NCBI GenBank assembly: GCA_965263295.1
Contig: OZ253665.1
Coordinates: forward strand, 1,760,001-1,824,000
Source: Spirochaetia bacterium
GTDB lineage: Bacteria > Spirochaetota > Spirochaetia > SP-2023
Direction: 5' to 3'
DNA: 64,000 nt
Below, piece after piece: positions 10,852 through 21,727 of the stretch. The notes below the pieces were generated by a model. The model had not been told where the DNA came from. It was given only the letters and a program-made list of their open reading frames with translations, and did no database searches. Positions within the stretch are counted from its first letter, which is position 1. Each line of letters starts with the position of its first letter. The position numbers and the translations under genes are program-made.

Positions 10852-11223
10852 GAATCACCCATTATATGCAAATGTTTTATGATATGAATGTTTTGCAAAT
10901 CTTACAATACATCATAAACAAAAAGGAGCATTTTATTGCTAGCAGATCCGCATAAAACATAAATCTTTTAAAATTAGCTCTTCAATCTGCAGGAGCTTGA
11001 AGCTTTAGAGTCAAAAACCTGCCGTAGAAATTTGTGAAGTAGTATGGGGCCCAGAAACTTGCTCAAGACTTGCCCAAGACTTACTTGCTCAAGGTTTACT
11101 AATGAGTTTATAATCGGGCAAAATACGCCATTGAGACTTGCATCAAGATTTGATGGCGCACTAGTCTGCAGCCGCAGACTAGTACTTATTTTAGACAAGG
11201 AAAAACAAAGGAGAGAAAATAAT

Positions 11224-11541
11224 ATGCCATTGATTATCAATGATGACAATTTTGCCTCTGAGGTAAAACAATCCGACATTCCTGTTCTAGTCGATTTCTG
11301 GGGTCAGGGCTGCCCGCCATGCGTGATGATTGCCCCGATCATTGAAGAATTGAGCACAGAGTACCAAGGCAAAGTGAAAATTGTCAAAGCTGACGTCAGT
11401 GAAGCCCAACAAGCAGCTGGAGAACTAGATATTATGGCTGTACCGACATTGGTTCTGTTCCGCGCTGGCAAAGAAGTCACACGCCATATGGGGTTTGCCA
11501 CCAAGGACCAGATTATTTCCAAGCTCCTGGCCAACGCCTAA
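11224..11541 (+). CDS. trxA: Thioredoxin (GCPPC active site)
   Basis: PVLVDFWGQGCPPC..IAPIIEEL, IMAVPTLVLF; GGAG RBS before ATG 11224. Confidence 0.9.
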   Translation: MPLIINDDNFASEVKQSDIPVLVDFWGQGCPPCVMIAPIIEELSTEYQGKVKIVKADVSEAQQAAGELDIMAVPTLVLFRAGKEVTRHMGFATKDQIISKLLANA

Positions 11542-11545
11542 GAAT

Positions 11546-12970
11546 TCAATAGAAAAAAATCGGGTTACTCAAAAGCAAGGCCTCTTCGCGCAAAAAACCC
11601 TTATCGCACAATGTATGTTGGAAGAGTTCAAAGCGCAAAAAGGCATGCTCGGCAGTTGGCCGCGCAACGGCATTGAGTGGCAACACAAAACGACAGTCAT
11701 GCTCAAGCGCTCCGTCGCGCCCACCTGCCCACGCCTCAAAATCGGCCGGAGACAATTCCTGTTCTAAAGCCAGGCCCCGTTCATTCCAACAGCGCAATAA
11801 CAACGGCTGCAATTCGGCCAGATAATCGGCAGCCACAGTCAACTCAAGCTGCAAGTCGCCCTGCTGTAGCGACCAGCGGCTGCCAAAGGGCATAAATCGG
11901 CCTCCCGTTTCCGCATCCACCTCTACTATGCGGCAGCACGCGGCAAAGCTGCGAGAAGCTAACGGCTCCGCCGTGATATAGTTGTGCCCTTGGGACAGAG
12001 CGCCCAGTATTTCGCATCTCGTCTTCCCATTGACCCAAACATTATTGCACGGATAGCCATGGCGCTTAGTCTCGGCGGAATGAAAGTCGCTATTCCCCAC
12101 GGCAGGAAGCCGGCGGCCTTGCTGCAAAAGACTTTGCCATATTTGAGTATTCGCCACATTATTGCGGTTCCAGGCGCCATTCCAGACCTCAATCCAATCA
12201 AAGGGCATGTCGTAGCTCCAGTTCCACTGGCAACCCGCAATATCTCCTTGGCGAACCGGGTGATTCAGCTGAATCCACAACTCGGAATCAATACAATTTT
12301 GTTGCTTAAGTCCCTGCAACAAGTCGCGAACTTCCTCTGAACTCGTGCACATAAAGTTGGGAATACGCTGCGGCAATCGGCCAAAAATGTTTACATGACC
12401 TCTGTATGTCGTGATTTCACAAGAAGGTAACAACAACACGTCAGGGTTACAAGGCAAACACAGGTTCTGTGACACGGAATTGTGGTCCGTAAAGCCCAAG
12501 AAATCCAGGCGGCTCTCGCGGGCCATCCGCAGCTTGTCTTCGATACTGTGGGCTCCGTCGCTGTATAACGAATGCCCATGAATATCGCCGCGCACGATAC
12601 GCGCCTGCCGCGCTCGGAGTTCCAGCTCTAATTCGACAATAATACTCTGACTGTGCTCACGACTATCCCCCAACAGAATCTCCCATTGTCCAGTCTGCAG
12701 GGGACCAGCCAGGTAGCCCAGACTAGCCTGCTCCTCCCCGATAAAAATCTGCTGCATGCGATTGAGATTGCCGCTCCAGCCGCGGATTCTGCCATCGGCA
12801 TCGGCCACGCCAATATCAATGGCACACTGATCGCCGGCTCCCCCCCGGTAGCTGCCGGTAAGTGAGATATATTCGGTGTCAGGGTAAACTTCAAACGGAA
12901 TCCGAGAATAGGTCTTGCCCGCCGCGGGTGGAAAATCCCGGCGGATTTGCAAGCATTGAGTCTGCTTCAT
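11546..12970 (-). CDS. PHP-domain metallohydrolase (CehA/McbA-like)
   Basis: GDIHGHSLYSDG, FTDHN, EITTYRGHVN, NHP, IEVWNG, GNSDFH. Confidence 0.85.
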   Translation of the reverse strand: MKQTQCLQIRRDFPPAAGKTYSRIPFEVYPDTEYISLTGSYRGGAGDQCAIDIGVADADGRIRGWSGNLNRMQQIFIGEEQASLGYLAGPLQTGQWEILLGDSREHSQSIIVELELELRARQARIVRGDIHGHSLYSDGAHSIEDKLRMARESRLDFLGFTDHNSVSQNLCLPCNPDVLLLPSCEITTYRGHVNIFGRLPQRIPNFMCTSSEEVRDLLQGLKQQNCIDSELWIQLNHPVRQGDIAGCQWNWSYDMPFDWIEVWNGAWNRNNVANTQIWQSLLQQGRRLPAVGNSDFHSAETKRHGYPCNNVWVNGKTRCEILGALSQGHNYITAEPLASRSFAACCRIVEVDAETGGRFMPFGSRWSLQQGDLQLELTVAADYLAELQPLLLRCWNERGLALEQELSPADFEAWAGGRDGALEHDCRFVLPLNAVARPTAEHAFLRFELFQHTLCDKGFLREEALLLSNPIFFY

Positions 12971-13555
12971 ATCGGCCCATTTTAAGCAAATGCACCATCC
13001 TATGGAACAGTCGAGATGAGTAGCGAAGCTGCAAATTTACTGTGCGATATTCTTTATCTGGCGATGATGCGTGCTGCCAAAGAATATCGCCCCAATACCG
13101 CGGTAAGATATCGCAGAAAAGTATCGCAAAATCAAAACTTGACTTCGTATCCACTAACTGGCAATCTACTCACGAATATGGCATTCCTCCCCAAGCTGCT
13201 CAAGATGCTCAAGCTGCCCAACATAAGAAAAACAAATTTTATGTATCTGGCACAGGCCAAGCAGCGCGAGGCGGCGAGGCGGAGTGTAATACCCGATTTT
13301 ACAGCTACAGAGGTGGCTCGCACCACTGAGATTTGCCAGAGACCGTTTCCATAGCTGCGCTCCCCATTTGCCGTTCCTCGTTCTAATTGCCTTCAAAGTC
13401 AGCCCTGTTACAGCTTGATCCATCCTGTAATCCCTATTCTAAAAGGATTTGAATTCAGCTATGTATATTTTCAAGCCAAACGCTTCCAAGCGGCAAAGTG
13501 CGCTTAGTCATTTATAATTGAGTACATCCGGCAGTCAAGAAACAGGAGTTCATTC

Positions 13556-14785
13556 ATGCCTCAATACTTTAGCGCAGAAAAAATTTACCACAACGGCCGC
13601 TTTGGCTACGATAGCGCCCTGGCCGTCGATGACGAAGGTTCCATAATCGGCCTCCTTCCTTACCGTCATGCTCGAAAAGAAGCTGGCAGCAATTTAATTG
13701 ATTTTGGCAATCGCATCCTTGCCCCCGGCTGGGTAGATCTTCAACTTAATGGCTGTGGCGGAGGCCTCTTCAACCGCGACCTGAACCTGGATTGCTTAGA
13801 AAAAATGTTGCGCGGCAGCCTGCGCCACGGCACCACCAGTATACAACCGACATTGATCAGCTGTAGTGACGAAGACATCCTGAACGCCCTGGAAATTATA
13901 CGTGAAGCCCAGCAAAAAGCCCGTCGTGCCAGCGCAGTCCGTCAGCGCCAGCTCTACCAAGGCATTATGGGGATGCACCTGGAGGGGCCCTACATCTCCG
14001 TTGCGCGGCGCGGGGCACATCCTGAACACCAGGTCCGAGCGCTCGACGAGAGCATGCTGCAAAAGCTGGAAGCCGCCGGTCGCGACGGCGTGTTGACCTA
14101 TATTACTGTCGGTGCCGAGTCGGTGCAGCCGTTGCAGGTGGCTCGTTTGAGTGCCAGCGGCCTGACGGTCTCACTGGGGCATACCGGGGCAGCTATCCAA
14201 GACTCACGGGCCCTGCTGCTCGCCGGGGCCCGCTGCTTCACCCATCTCTACAATGGCATGGGCGGTATCGACAGCCGCGATCCGCACACCCTCAGTCTGG
14301 CGCTGGAAGATCCACGTGCCTACAGCGGCATCATTGCCGATGGCCACCACGTGGCCAAAGAAAATATCCGCATTGCCCAGCGCCTGCTGGGAGAACGCCT
14401 ATTTTTGGTCACAGACGCCACGGCCACGACTGATGTCGGAGAACGCCAAATCTTCTTTGGCGAACAAACCTGTCAGATCCAAAACGGCACAATCCGCAAT
14501 GAAGAGGGGGCACTCGCAGGTTCAGCACTGACTATGAAGCGCGGCGTCGAGATTTTATCTGACCTCTTTGGACTGAAAGTAGCTCTGGACATGGCCACGC
14601 TCAACCCAGTCTGCGCCTTGAACCCGCAGCGTCATTATAACCAACGTATTGGAACCTTTGCCCCCGGTGCTAGAGCAAATTTTGTCGTACTAGACTTTTC
14701 CTGTAGCAAAAAATGCCGCGAAGACAATTACAGCGAAATTACGGCACTGCAAACCTGGGTCTTAGGCCAGCGCTGGGAAGACTAA
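13556..14785 (+). CDS. nagA: N-acetylglucosamine-6-phosphate deacetylase
   Basis: PGWVDLQLNGCGG, HLEGPY, RGAH, SLGH, THLYNGM, IIADGHH, VTDA, LAGSALTM. Confidence 0.94.
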   Translation: MPQYFSAEKIYHNGRFGYDSALAVDDEGSIIGLLPYRHARKEAGSNLIDFGNRILAPGWVDLQLNGCGGGLFNRDLNLDCLEKMLRGSLRHGTTSIQPTLISCSDEDILNALEIIREAQQKARRASAVRQRQLYQGIMGMHLEGPYISVARRGAHPEHQVRALDESMLQKLEAAGRDGVLTYITVGAESVQPLQVARLSASGLTVSLGHTGAAIQDSRALLLAGARCFTHLYNGMGGIDSRDPHTLSLALEDPRAYSGIIADGHHVAKENIRIAQRLLGERLFLVTDATATTDVGERQIFFGEQTCQIQNGTIRNEEGALAGSALTMKRGVEILSDLFGLKVALDMATLNPVCALNPQRHYNQRIGTFAPGARANFVVLDFSCSKKCREDNYSEITALQTWVLGQRWED

Positions 14786-14829
14786 CTGCGAGGCGAGCGG
14801 CGAATTGTTCCAAATTGTTCTTTATATGC

Positions 14830-15447
14830 CTAGATATCAGGGCCGGAATGGCTTACATTTAGATCATGCAAATGGCCATTATCCAAACTGTAAATCCAGC
14901 CATGGACGTGCAGCGACTGACCACGACGCCACGCCTGTTGCACGATGGCGGTTGCGGCCACATTCGCCACCTGCTCAACCACGTTCAGTTCACACAAGCG
15001 GCTGCAACGCTCTTCAAAACGCGGCAAAGCCTCAATTTCCGCTTGATGAAGACGATAAACGTCGCGAATGTGGCGTAGCCAGTTATCAATCAGACCGTAG
15101 CTTTCGCCGCGTTCTTGGGCCGCAAGAGCGGCCGCCACACCGCCACAACCGTAGTGCCCGGCGACAATAATATGGCGCACCTGCAGTACTTCCACGGCAT
15201 ACTGAACGACGGACAAACAGTTAAAATCCGTGTGCACGACGACATTGGCAATATTGCGGTGCACAAAGACCTCTCCCGGCGGCAGCCCAATAACTTGATT
15301 CGGCGGCACTCGACTATCGGCACAACCAATCCACAAATATTCTGGTCGCTGTTGCTGCGACAAATGACGAAAAAACCCCGGTTGTCGCTCATCTATTTCA
15401 CGGGCCCACTGGCGATTATTATCAATAAGTTTTTTAAGAGAATTCAC
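14830..15447 (-). CDS. can: Beta-class carbonic anhydrase
   Basis: WIGCADSRV, GEVFVHRNIAN, GHYGCGG zinc ligands; GTG start. Confidence 0.95.
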   Translation of the reverse strand: MNSLKKLIDNNRQWAREIDERQPGFFRHLSQQQRPEYLWIGCADSRVPPNQVIGLPPGEVFVHRNIANVVVHTDFNCLSVVQYAVEVLQVRHIIVAGHYGCGGVAAALAAQERGESYGLIDNWLRHIRDVYRLHQAEIEALPRFEERCSRLCELNVVEQVANVAATAIVQQAWRRGQSLHVHGWIYSLDNGHLHDLNVSHSGPDI

Positions 15448-15494
15448 CTTGCCCCCTCTGAACTTGCGAGTACTCCAAACAATCTGTGAGCTGG

Positions 15495-17387
15495 CTATGT
15501 ATCCAGTAAAATCATCAGCAACGAAATGTCACTGGGGCGCACTCCGGACACCCGCGAAGCCTGGCCCAAGGTTCGCGGCTGGACTTCAAGAAGCTTCTGC
15601 CGGGTTTCCATCGAGATGGCGCTTGCGACCATCCAGTCGAAACTGGACGGAACTTTAATGTTTTCCAAATTGCGAAATCGGTCAATCTCTCGCTGCTGAC
15701 GAGCGATATAGCCGGCATATCTGATGTCGAGAACCGCGTGCTCCAGCCAGGGAGCCGGATACTCGGCCAGTTGCGGCACAACTTCTGTGAGCTTTTCGAT
15801 GCGTATATTGGGATCGCGCAGGGCGCGGTGCAACGACGGGTCGCGGACTAGAATGCCCAGCTCGCCGCGCTCGCTTTCGCTGAGTTTGCGCTGTGCGACC
15901 AGCTCCTGAATACTTTCCAGCGCAGCTTTTTTTTGGACGCGCAGCGCTAGGCGCGGCGCGTCCAAAATGCCAATGCGCTCGGCCTGAGGCAAGAGGCGCA
16001 AGTCCGCATCGCTGTGGCGCAAAGCCAGACGGTACTCGGCGCGCGAAGTGAACATTCGGTACGGCTCCTCGGTGCCCAGAGTCACCAAGTCGTCAATCAG
16101 GACACCGATATAGGCTTCAAAGCGCCTTAGAACCAAGGGCTCAGCCGAGTGCTCACCCCGCCTGCGGCGCAGTTTGAGACCGGCATTAATTCCGGCTATC
16201 AGTCCTTGCCCGGCAGCCTCCTCATAACCGGAAGTGCCATTGATCTGTCCCGCCAGAAACAGGCCAGGGTGCAATTTACTCTCCAAGCTCGGACGCAGTT
16301 GCAGCGGACTGACAAAATCATATTCGACGGCATATCCAGGGCGCATCATTACAGCGCCCTCCATACCCGGAATACTGCGGATAAACGCCTCCTGTACGTC
16401 TTCAGGCAGCGAGGTGCTCAAACCGTTCAGATACATTTCTTCAGTACAGGCACCCTCCGGTTCCACGAAAACCTGGTGTCGTTCGCGATCGGGAAATCGT
16501 TTGAGCTTATCTTCAATTGAGGGGCAGTAACGCGGCCCGGTCCCTTGTATCTGCCCACTGAACAGCGGCGAACGCTGCATGTTTGACCGGATAATCTCAT
16601 GAGTTCGAAAATTGGTGTAGGTAATATGGCAAGGCAAGGCCGGGCGCTTTTGTAGCTGTGCCATGTAGTCGTTTTCAGCACTTTCGAACGAAAAACCGCC
16701 GGGCCTATCATCGCCGGGCTGGATTTCCATCTGGCTAAAGTCCAGACTGGAAGCCTGTACCCGCGCCGGCGTGCCCGTCTTCAAGCGCCCGATCTTATAA
16801 CCGTATTCACACAGTTTCTCACTCAAGCCCAAGGCCGCTTTCTCGCCCAAACGACCGCCAGCTGCCTGGTACTCACCGATATGCACTTTGCCATTCAAAA
16901 AAGTGCCCGTGGTCAAAACCACAAGCTCGGCCATGATTTCATGGCCGCGCTCGGTACGAATGCCACAACAGATGCTCTGGCCGGCTTCGGCTCCCGTTCC
17001 CGGGCGCAATAACAAGTCGACGACCGTGTCCTGGAAACAGCGCAAATTCGCCTGACTTTCAACGGAATATTTGGCCCGCTGGGCATACAGCACGCGGTCC
17101 GCCTGGGCACGCGGCGCCTGAACGGCAGGCCCGCGCGAACGATTCAGGACGCGGTACTGTATCATGCTGCTATCAATCAGACGAGCCATTTGCCCACCCA
17201 GGGCATCAATCTCGCGCACCATATTGCCCTTGCCCAGGCCACCTACCGCTGGGTTGCACGACATCTTGCCAATCGTATCCAGATTCTGCGTGACCAGTAG
17301 CGTGGCAAAGCCCATGCGCGCCGTTGCCAGCGCGGCTTCAATACCCGCGTGCCCCCCGCCAACTACAATTGCCTGGCAATCCAGCAT
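15495..17387 (-). CDS. mnmG: tRNA uridine-5-carboxymethylaminomethyl synthesis enzyme MnmG (GidA)
   Basis: VVGGGHAGIEAA, MSCNPAVGG, RLKTGTPAR, GPRYCPSIEDK, AGQINGTSGYEEAAGQG. Confidence 0.97.
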   Translation of the reverse strand: MLDCQAIVVGGGHAGIEAALATARMGFATLLVTQNLDTIGKMSCNPAVGGLGKGNMVREIDALGGQMARLIDSSMIQYRVLNRSRGPAVQAPRAQADRVLYAQRAKYSVESQANLRCFQDTVVDLLLRPGTGAEAGQSICCGIRTERGHEIMAELVVLTTGTFLNGKVHIGEYQAAGGRLGEKAALGLSEKLCEYGYKIGRLKTGTPARVQASSLDFSQMEIQPGDDRPGGFSFESAENDYMAQLQKRPALPCHITYTNFRTHEIIRSNMQRSPLFSGQIQGTGPRYCPSIEDKLKRFPDRERHQVFVEPEGACTEEMYLNGLSTSLPEDVQEAFIRSIPGMEGAVMMRPGYAVEYDFVSPLQLRPSLESKLHPGLFLAGQINGTSGYEEAAGQGLIAGINAGLKLRRRRGEHSAEPLVLRRFEAYIGVLIDDLVTLGTEEPYRMFTSRAEYRLALRHSDADLRLLPQAERIGILDAPRLALRVQKKAALESIQELVAQRKLSESERGELGILVRDPSLHRALRDPNIRIEKLTEVVPQLAEYPAPWLEHAVLDIRYAGYIARQQREIDRFRNLENIKVPSSFDWMVASAISMETRQKLLEVQPRTLGQASRVSGVRPSDISLLMILLDT

Positions 17388-17555
17388 GATTCATCCTTTA
17401 TCTGGCCGCAGATATTAGCTGTAGAATTCATGGAAGTCAATGACCCAATATCGGCACCTCAGGCTATCTGGTGCCAGCGAACTCTTTATTTTGCGGCCGC
17501 GCCGGTCGACAAGTGCAGACCGAGCAATATCAGCGATAACTCACCCCAACAGATA

Positions 17556-18467
17556 TCAGGGAGTTTTAGACTCAAGCGCTCCCGGTGGCATCGTTCCCGC
17601 ATTTTGCTCTAGCTCTTTCACTTCTTCGGGAGTCGGTATGTAAGTGTCTATCGGCACCTCAGGCAGCGTCACTTCAGGTACCGCGTCAGGCGCCGCGTCG
17701 GGAGAATCTTGGCGCAAATCTTGCGCGGCATCCTCGATTACGATTTCTTCGCGGCCACTACTGACCCGAGGAACCATGTAGGGACCTAATCTGGCGACTA
17801 CGTAATTATTCGGAAATTCGAACGCCAACATGACTTTCTCTAGTTCATCATTGCGAATTTTCAATTCCTTAAGGGAAATGATACTTTGATAATTGGCATC
17901 CGTGAACAAAACTTCATTGTTTACTTTGTATCCAACAATTGAATACATTGAAACATCTTCAGGTAATAAAAATAATAGTTCATCTCCCTGAGGTGGCACC
18001 GCAACCACGGAGCCGAGGTCGCGCGTCGATGGGGCCTGCATTTCAAAACTGCGGGCGCTCATTTCTCCCGCTTTATCGTATATTTCTACTATATAATGAC
18101 CGCGAGGCAAGTTTTCCAAATACCCACAGCTGAATTGGTTGCTGCCAATCCAAAAGACTCTGGAACTAGTGATACTCTGCCATTGAGTGGAATCCAGAGC
18201 CCAAAAGAGGTCTTCATCCCGATTAATTAAATACATGGAATCCAGGTCTTCGAGGCCATCTTCATCCGCGGGCCGCACGAAGACGGACAAGGCTTCTCGT
18301 CCCAGTGTATTCTCATCCCGCAGAACATCGCTGGCGCGAGGAGTGAACTGGATATTTAGGCGCCAACTCACTTCAATTATAGACGGAGCCACGCCGCCAC
18401 AGCTAACGGACAAAGCCAGGAGGCCCAGACAGAACAGCAACTTGCACAAGCGAAAAATCATGCCCAT
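17556..18467 (-). CDS. Putative lipoprotein
   Basis: Basic N-terminus, hydrophobic core and LSVS-C lipobox; 303 aa with an acidic/Pro-rich tail. Confidence 0.75.
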   Translation of the reverse strand: MGMIFRLCKLLFCLGLLALSVSCGGVAPSIIEVSWRLNIQFTPRASDVLRDENTLGREALSVFVRPADEDGLEDLDSMYLINRDEDLFWALDSTQWQSITSSRVFWIGSNQFSCGYLENLPRGHYIVEIYDKAGEMSARSFEMQAPSTRDLGSVVAVPPQGDELLFLLPEDVSMYSIVGYKVNNEVLFTDANYQSIISLKELKIRNDELEKVMLAFEFPNNYVVARLGPYMVPRVSSGREEIVIEDAAQDLRQDSPDAAPDAVPEVTLPEVPIDTYIPTPEEVKELEQNAGTMPPGALESKTP

Positions 18468-18488
18468 CGCGCCACTACGTCCCGGTTT

Positions 18489-20636
18489 TTAATCGCGCTC
18501 GGCCGAACCACGCTTGGCGCGAATGCCATGCCGACCTTTCTGCTCTTTACGATTGCGACTTCTACCCAATCCGCCCTCCTGCTTTCGATGGCCTCCTCGA
18601 TCCCGTCTCTCTCCAGCTCCTCGCTCGCTCCCAGAAAATGACTTCCGGCCTCTTTCTGCGAAGCAGTCTGGCCTAGTTCCCTGGCGCCGACCATCACTTC
18701 GCCTGCGCCCTCGGTCCTGCTGTGCCTTCCGGTGCTCTGCATAATTTGATTTCGGGCGGTCGCCTGGCTCCAATTTTTGCCGGTCTGGCTGACGATTCGC
18801 ACGCTGATTGTCTCGAAGTTTACTGTCCTCTGAATAACCTTGATGTCCGGCGCGCTTAGCTGCACGATGGCAAACCTGTCTATCATTTCTTCGGAAATTC
18901 GCAGGCTTTGGCGCTTGGTTTCCCGTCCAATCTCCCGTCCAATCTCCCGTCCAATCTCCCGTCCAATCGCGGCTATTAGGATTTTCAATCCGAAGGTTTT
19001 CATTTCGAGGATTTCCATCCTGAGGCCGGCGTTGGCGCAGTCCGTTTTTCCTCTTGTAGCGGGCAAGAATGCTAGCCAAAGTTTCGTCGCCAGCCGGTTC
19101 GCGCCCAGTCTGAGCACATATTGGACCCTGCCGCCAGGCTGTACTTACATTGTCACCATTATAACAACTCGCCGCGACACAACTTGAGGAGCCGGCAGGC
19201 TGCAAGGCCCAGCCGCTTCGCAACAGAGCCTGCAGCACATGACCCTGTTCGCGGTATAAATGAGAACATGAAATGCCCCGATCGCCAGCTGCCGTCAAAT
19301 CTTCCAACAACTTGCGCCCTTGAGGTGAGATATATTCAGGACGGGCCGCGGCAGCTTCGGCCTCCGGGCGACTGCGCCGCAGAGCCGGAAACATAGCCTG
19401 CTCTGCCAATAAATAACCATCAACCTTCTGACAGCTAGCCCAAAAAACCTCGTCCACAGTTTCCATATCCAGCTTGCGGCTGCCACAAAGATATGTCAGC
19501 AAGCTCTTGAACAGGGCCGACGGGAGCAAACCATTGAGCTCATCGGCCAAAGCATTAACGGCATAACCACCAAACTGCCTCGCCCGCTGCAAAATATAAT
19601 GACCATATTTCTGAAATAATTCCCGCTTTAAGCGCCAGGCGCCCACTTGTTGCCAGTCCGCTGGCGCCGCAGAATGAGACGGGTAACGACTCTTGTGGCT
19701 CGCGCCCCAGCCGACAAAACTGGCCGCCAGGTCTTCAAGCCCGCCACAAAGGTTCTTTGGGCTATCAATTGATCCTTGCTTCCCGCAAGACAGGGGCAAC
19801 TGCGTCAACAAAAACCTGCGCAGGACAAAACTGCTGTCCACACTACTAACCGGGGCAAACAAAAATATATCCAATTCAGACTCTCGACTTGAGAATGGTC
19901 CTAGATCCTTTTCATTGCCGGCAATAAAACGCAGACCGTAGAGGCTCCGACCTGCTTCATCGCGTTTATTTTGGGGAGGCTGGTTCATGGCAATCAGGCT
20001 ACGCCGATCCAAACTCAGTCGGCCCAATAGCACTTGCTGAAACGGACCAGAGTCAACAGCATCCAAGGTATCCAAGGTATTCAGGGAGAACTGTTCGACA
20101 ATGGCCAGAAAGCCACCGATGCGGCGGCTTTCACCATCGCTTAAAGTGCGCTCTTCCAGCTCGACACGCTGTTCATTGCGGAGGCCCTGCAGATAACGGC
20201 CATGTGCCGTAGAGCAAGGCAGCAAAACATAAAAACTGCGCTCATTAACCAGCCAAACACCCTCGGAGGCAATAAATTGGCCCGCCTCCAGCTGACGCCA
20301 GGCTATGCCTTTTATACTCGCCTGCCACAAGCCTGACAATTCTCCACTCAAAACCGGACGCTTAACCGAGTCTCGCCCTTGATGTATTTGCCGCAGCTCC
20401 CGCAGCAATTGCCGTTGAGCATCCTGCGATTTATTCAGGGCTTGCAGCTTGTTGAGTTGAACCGCCTCGCAAGCGCCGTCGGCAGCGTAGAGATACCAAT
20501 TTCGTAGCGCCGTTATTTCAGTATTGAAAAAGGCAAAATCACTGCAGCCCCCCACCCCGACAGGTTGCAAGAGGAGCAGCGGCTGCTTTTCTCCAGCTCG
20601 ACGCAGATAATAGCGCAAGCGAAAAATACCGGACAT
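18489..20636 (-). CDS. Hypothetical protein with Arg/Gly/Asp-rich disordered C-terminal tail
   Basis: 715-aa ORF, GGAGGG RBS upstream, co-oriented with flanking genes; no family recognised. Confidence 0.7.
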   Translation of the reverse strand: MSGIFRLRYYLRRAGEKQPLLLLQPVGVGGCSDFAFFNTEITALRNWYLYAADGACEAVQLNKLQALNKSQDAQRQLLRELRQIHQGRDSVKRPVLSGELSGLWQASIKGIAWRQLEAGQFIASEGVWLVNERSFYVLLPCSTAHGRYLQGLRNEQRVELEERTLSDGESRRIGGFLAIVEQFSLNTLDTLDAVDSGPFQQVLLGRLSLDRRSLIAMNQPPQNKRDEAGRSLYGLRFIAGNEKDLGPFSSRESELDIFLFAPVSSVDSSFVLRRFLLTQLPLSCGKQGSIDSPKNLCGGLEDLAASFVGWGASHKSRYPSHSAAPADWQQVGAWRLKRELFQKYGHYILQRARQFGGYAVNALADELNGLLPSALFKSLLTYLCGSRKLDMETVDEVFWASCQKVDGYLLAEQAMFPALRRSRPEAEAAAARPEYISPQGRKLLEDLTAAGDRGISCSHLYREQGHVLQALLRSGWALQPAGSSSCVAASCYNGDNVSTAWRQGPICAQTGREPAGDETLASILARYKRKNGLRQRRPQDGNPRNENLRIENPNSRDWTGDWTGDWTGDWTGNQAPKPANFRRNDRQVCHRAAKRAGHQGYSEDSKLRDNQRANRQPDRQKLEPGDRPKSNYAEHRKAQQDRGRRRSDGRRQGTRPDCFAERGRKSFSGSERGAGERRDRGGHRKQEGGLGRSRNRKEQKGRHGIRAKRGSAERD
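18921..18968. repeat. Perfect 12-bp tandem repeat x4 (encodes DWTG)
   Basis: tcccgtccaatc x4. Confidence 0.95.
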
Positions 20637-20866
20637 AAATCAAATGCCCTCCATACAGGCAAATACAGGCAGAAGCGAGACTGCCGTCAAGACAGAACAA
20701 GCGCTCAAGAAGTCGAACTTTTAGCTGAGTCGACAGGATGAATGCCCTAAGTGACAGGATTCAACACACGAAATACGAGCTTAATCTCCGTCGAGAACAA
20801 ACAACGAATTGAGATCAAACCAGAATTTAGTCTATAAAGATTTGAAATAAATACAATTACGCGGAG

Positions 20867-21577
20867 TTATTCTGCCCCCTGCATCGGTTCACTGAGCAAG
20901 GCGCGCGCATCGTGGATACCCCACAACCATTGCTCTTTATCGCCAATGATAACGGCTCCTAAAACCGCTTCAGGATAACTAATTATTTGATTTTCTGGCT
21001 CCAAGACATTTTCGGTCTCGTAAATACGCACAACATAGCCACTACGATAATGCTCGGCGACAAGTCTGGCTATTTCCGGTAAATTCGCGTAAGTGTTTTC
21101 AATAATGTCAAATATAGCCTTGGATGGAACTTCCAGACCAAAAGCAATACGGATACCCCGGTAATCCAGGTAATAAACACCGCCCTGGTTGCTGATATAT
21201 TGTGACAAAGGCAACTGTCCCAGGCGCAGCTTCTTCTCTGTCTCCCGGCTGACAAAGACCGCAGTGCTCCAGCCCGCAGGATCTGCGACAGGATAGGAAC
21301 GGTATTGTTGAAAAGCTGAAAGCTCAATTTCAAAGCGCAACTGGCGGTAGGGCGAGCGGCCTAGATTCCCGCCGGTGAAGTCAAGGTAAATTTGCACGGT
21401 GTCACGGCGGCTATTGTCAACCGGATCTTCGGGCCGCGAAATCTGCGCCTCAAGGTTTGCGGCCACTAAAGTAAAACGGCACAATAGCAAGGCAAGAGTG
21501 CCCAAAGCGCCCAAAGTGCCCAAGATGTAAAGTTTTCCACAAATATTTTGCCATATATTTCCGGGCTTACCAAGCAT
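20867..21577 (-). CDS. Hypothetical exported or membrane-anchored protein
   Basis: 236 aa with an N-terminal hydrophobic segment (LYILGTLGALGTLALLL); GGAG RBS. Confidence 0.75.
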   Translation of the reverse strand: MLGKPGNIWQNICGKLYILGTLGALGTLALLLCRFTLVAANLEAQISRPEDPVDNSRRDTVQIYLDFTGGNLGRSPYRQLRFEIELSAFQQYRSYPVADPAGWSTAVFVSRETEKKLRLGQLPLSQYISNQGGVYYLDYRGIRIAFGLEVPSKAIFDIIENTYANLPEIARLVAEHYRSGYVVRIYETENVLEPENQIISYPEAVLGAVIIGDKEQWLWGIHDARALLSEPMQGAE

Positions 21578-21727
21578 ATTCCACTCCTGCGATATCCAAG
21601 CCTAACCATAATTCATTCGCGAGTTTATTGCAATCGGAGAGGCCATCCTAACAAGTCTGGCAAGCTAGGCCTCAAGCCGTTGACACAAGGCCCCAGCTGC
21701 AAAATCTGACTCAGGTATGGCCGGCCT

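Noticed and set aside
12971..13555. Several 64-112 aa ORFs in the gap between the PHP gene and nagA
   Set aside because: Mutually overlapping, no clear RBS or motif; left as intergenic
18458..19117. 219-aa overlapping ORF with IGRE repeats, ending in an ATGA overlap with the lipoprotein gene
   Set aside because: It is the +1 shadow frame of an Arg/Gly/Asp-rich tail that has few second-position T codons, so stops are expected to be rare; no RBS or family signal
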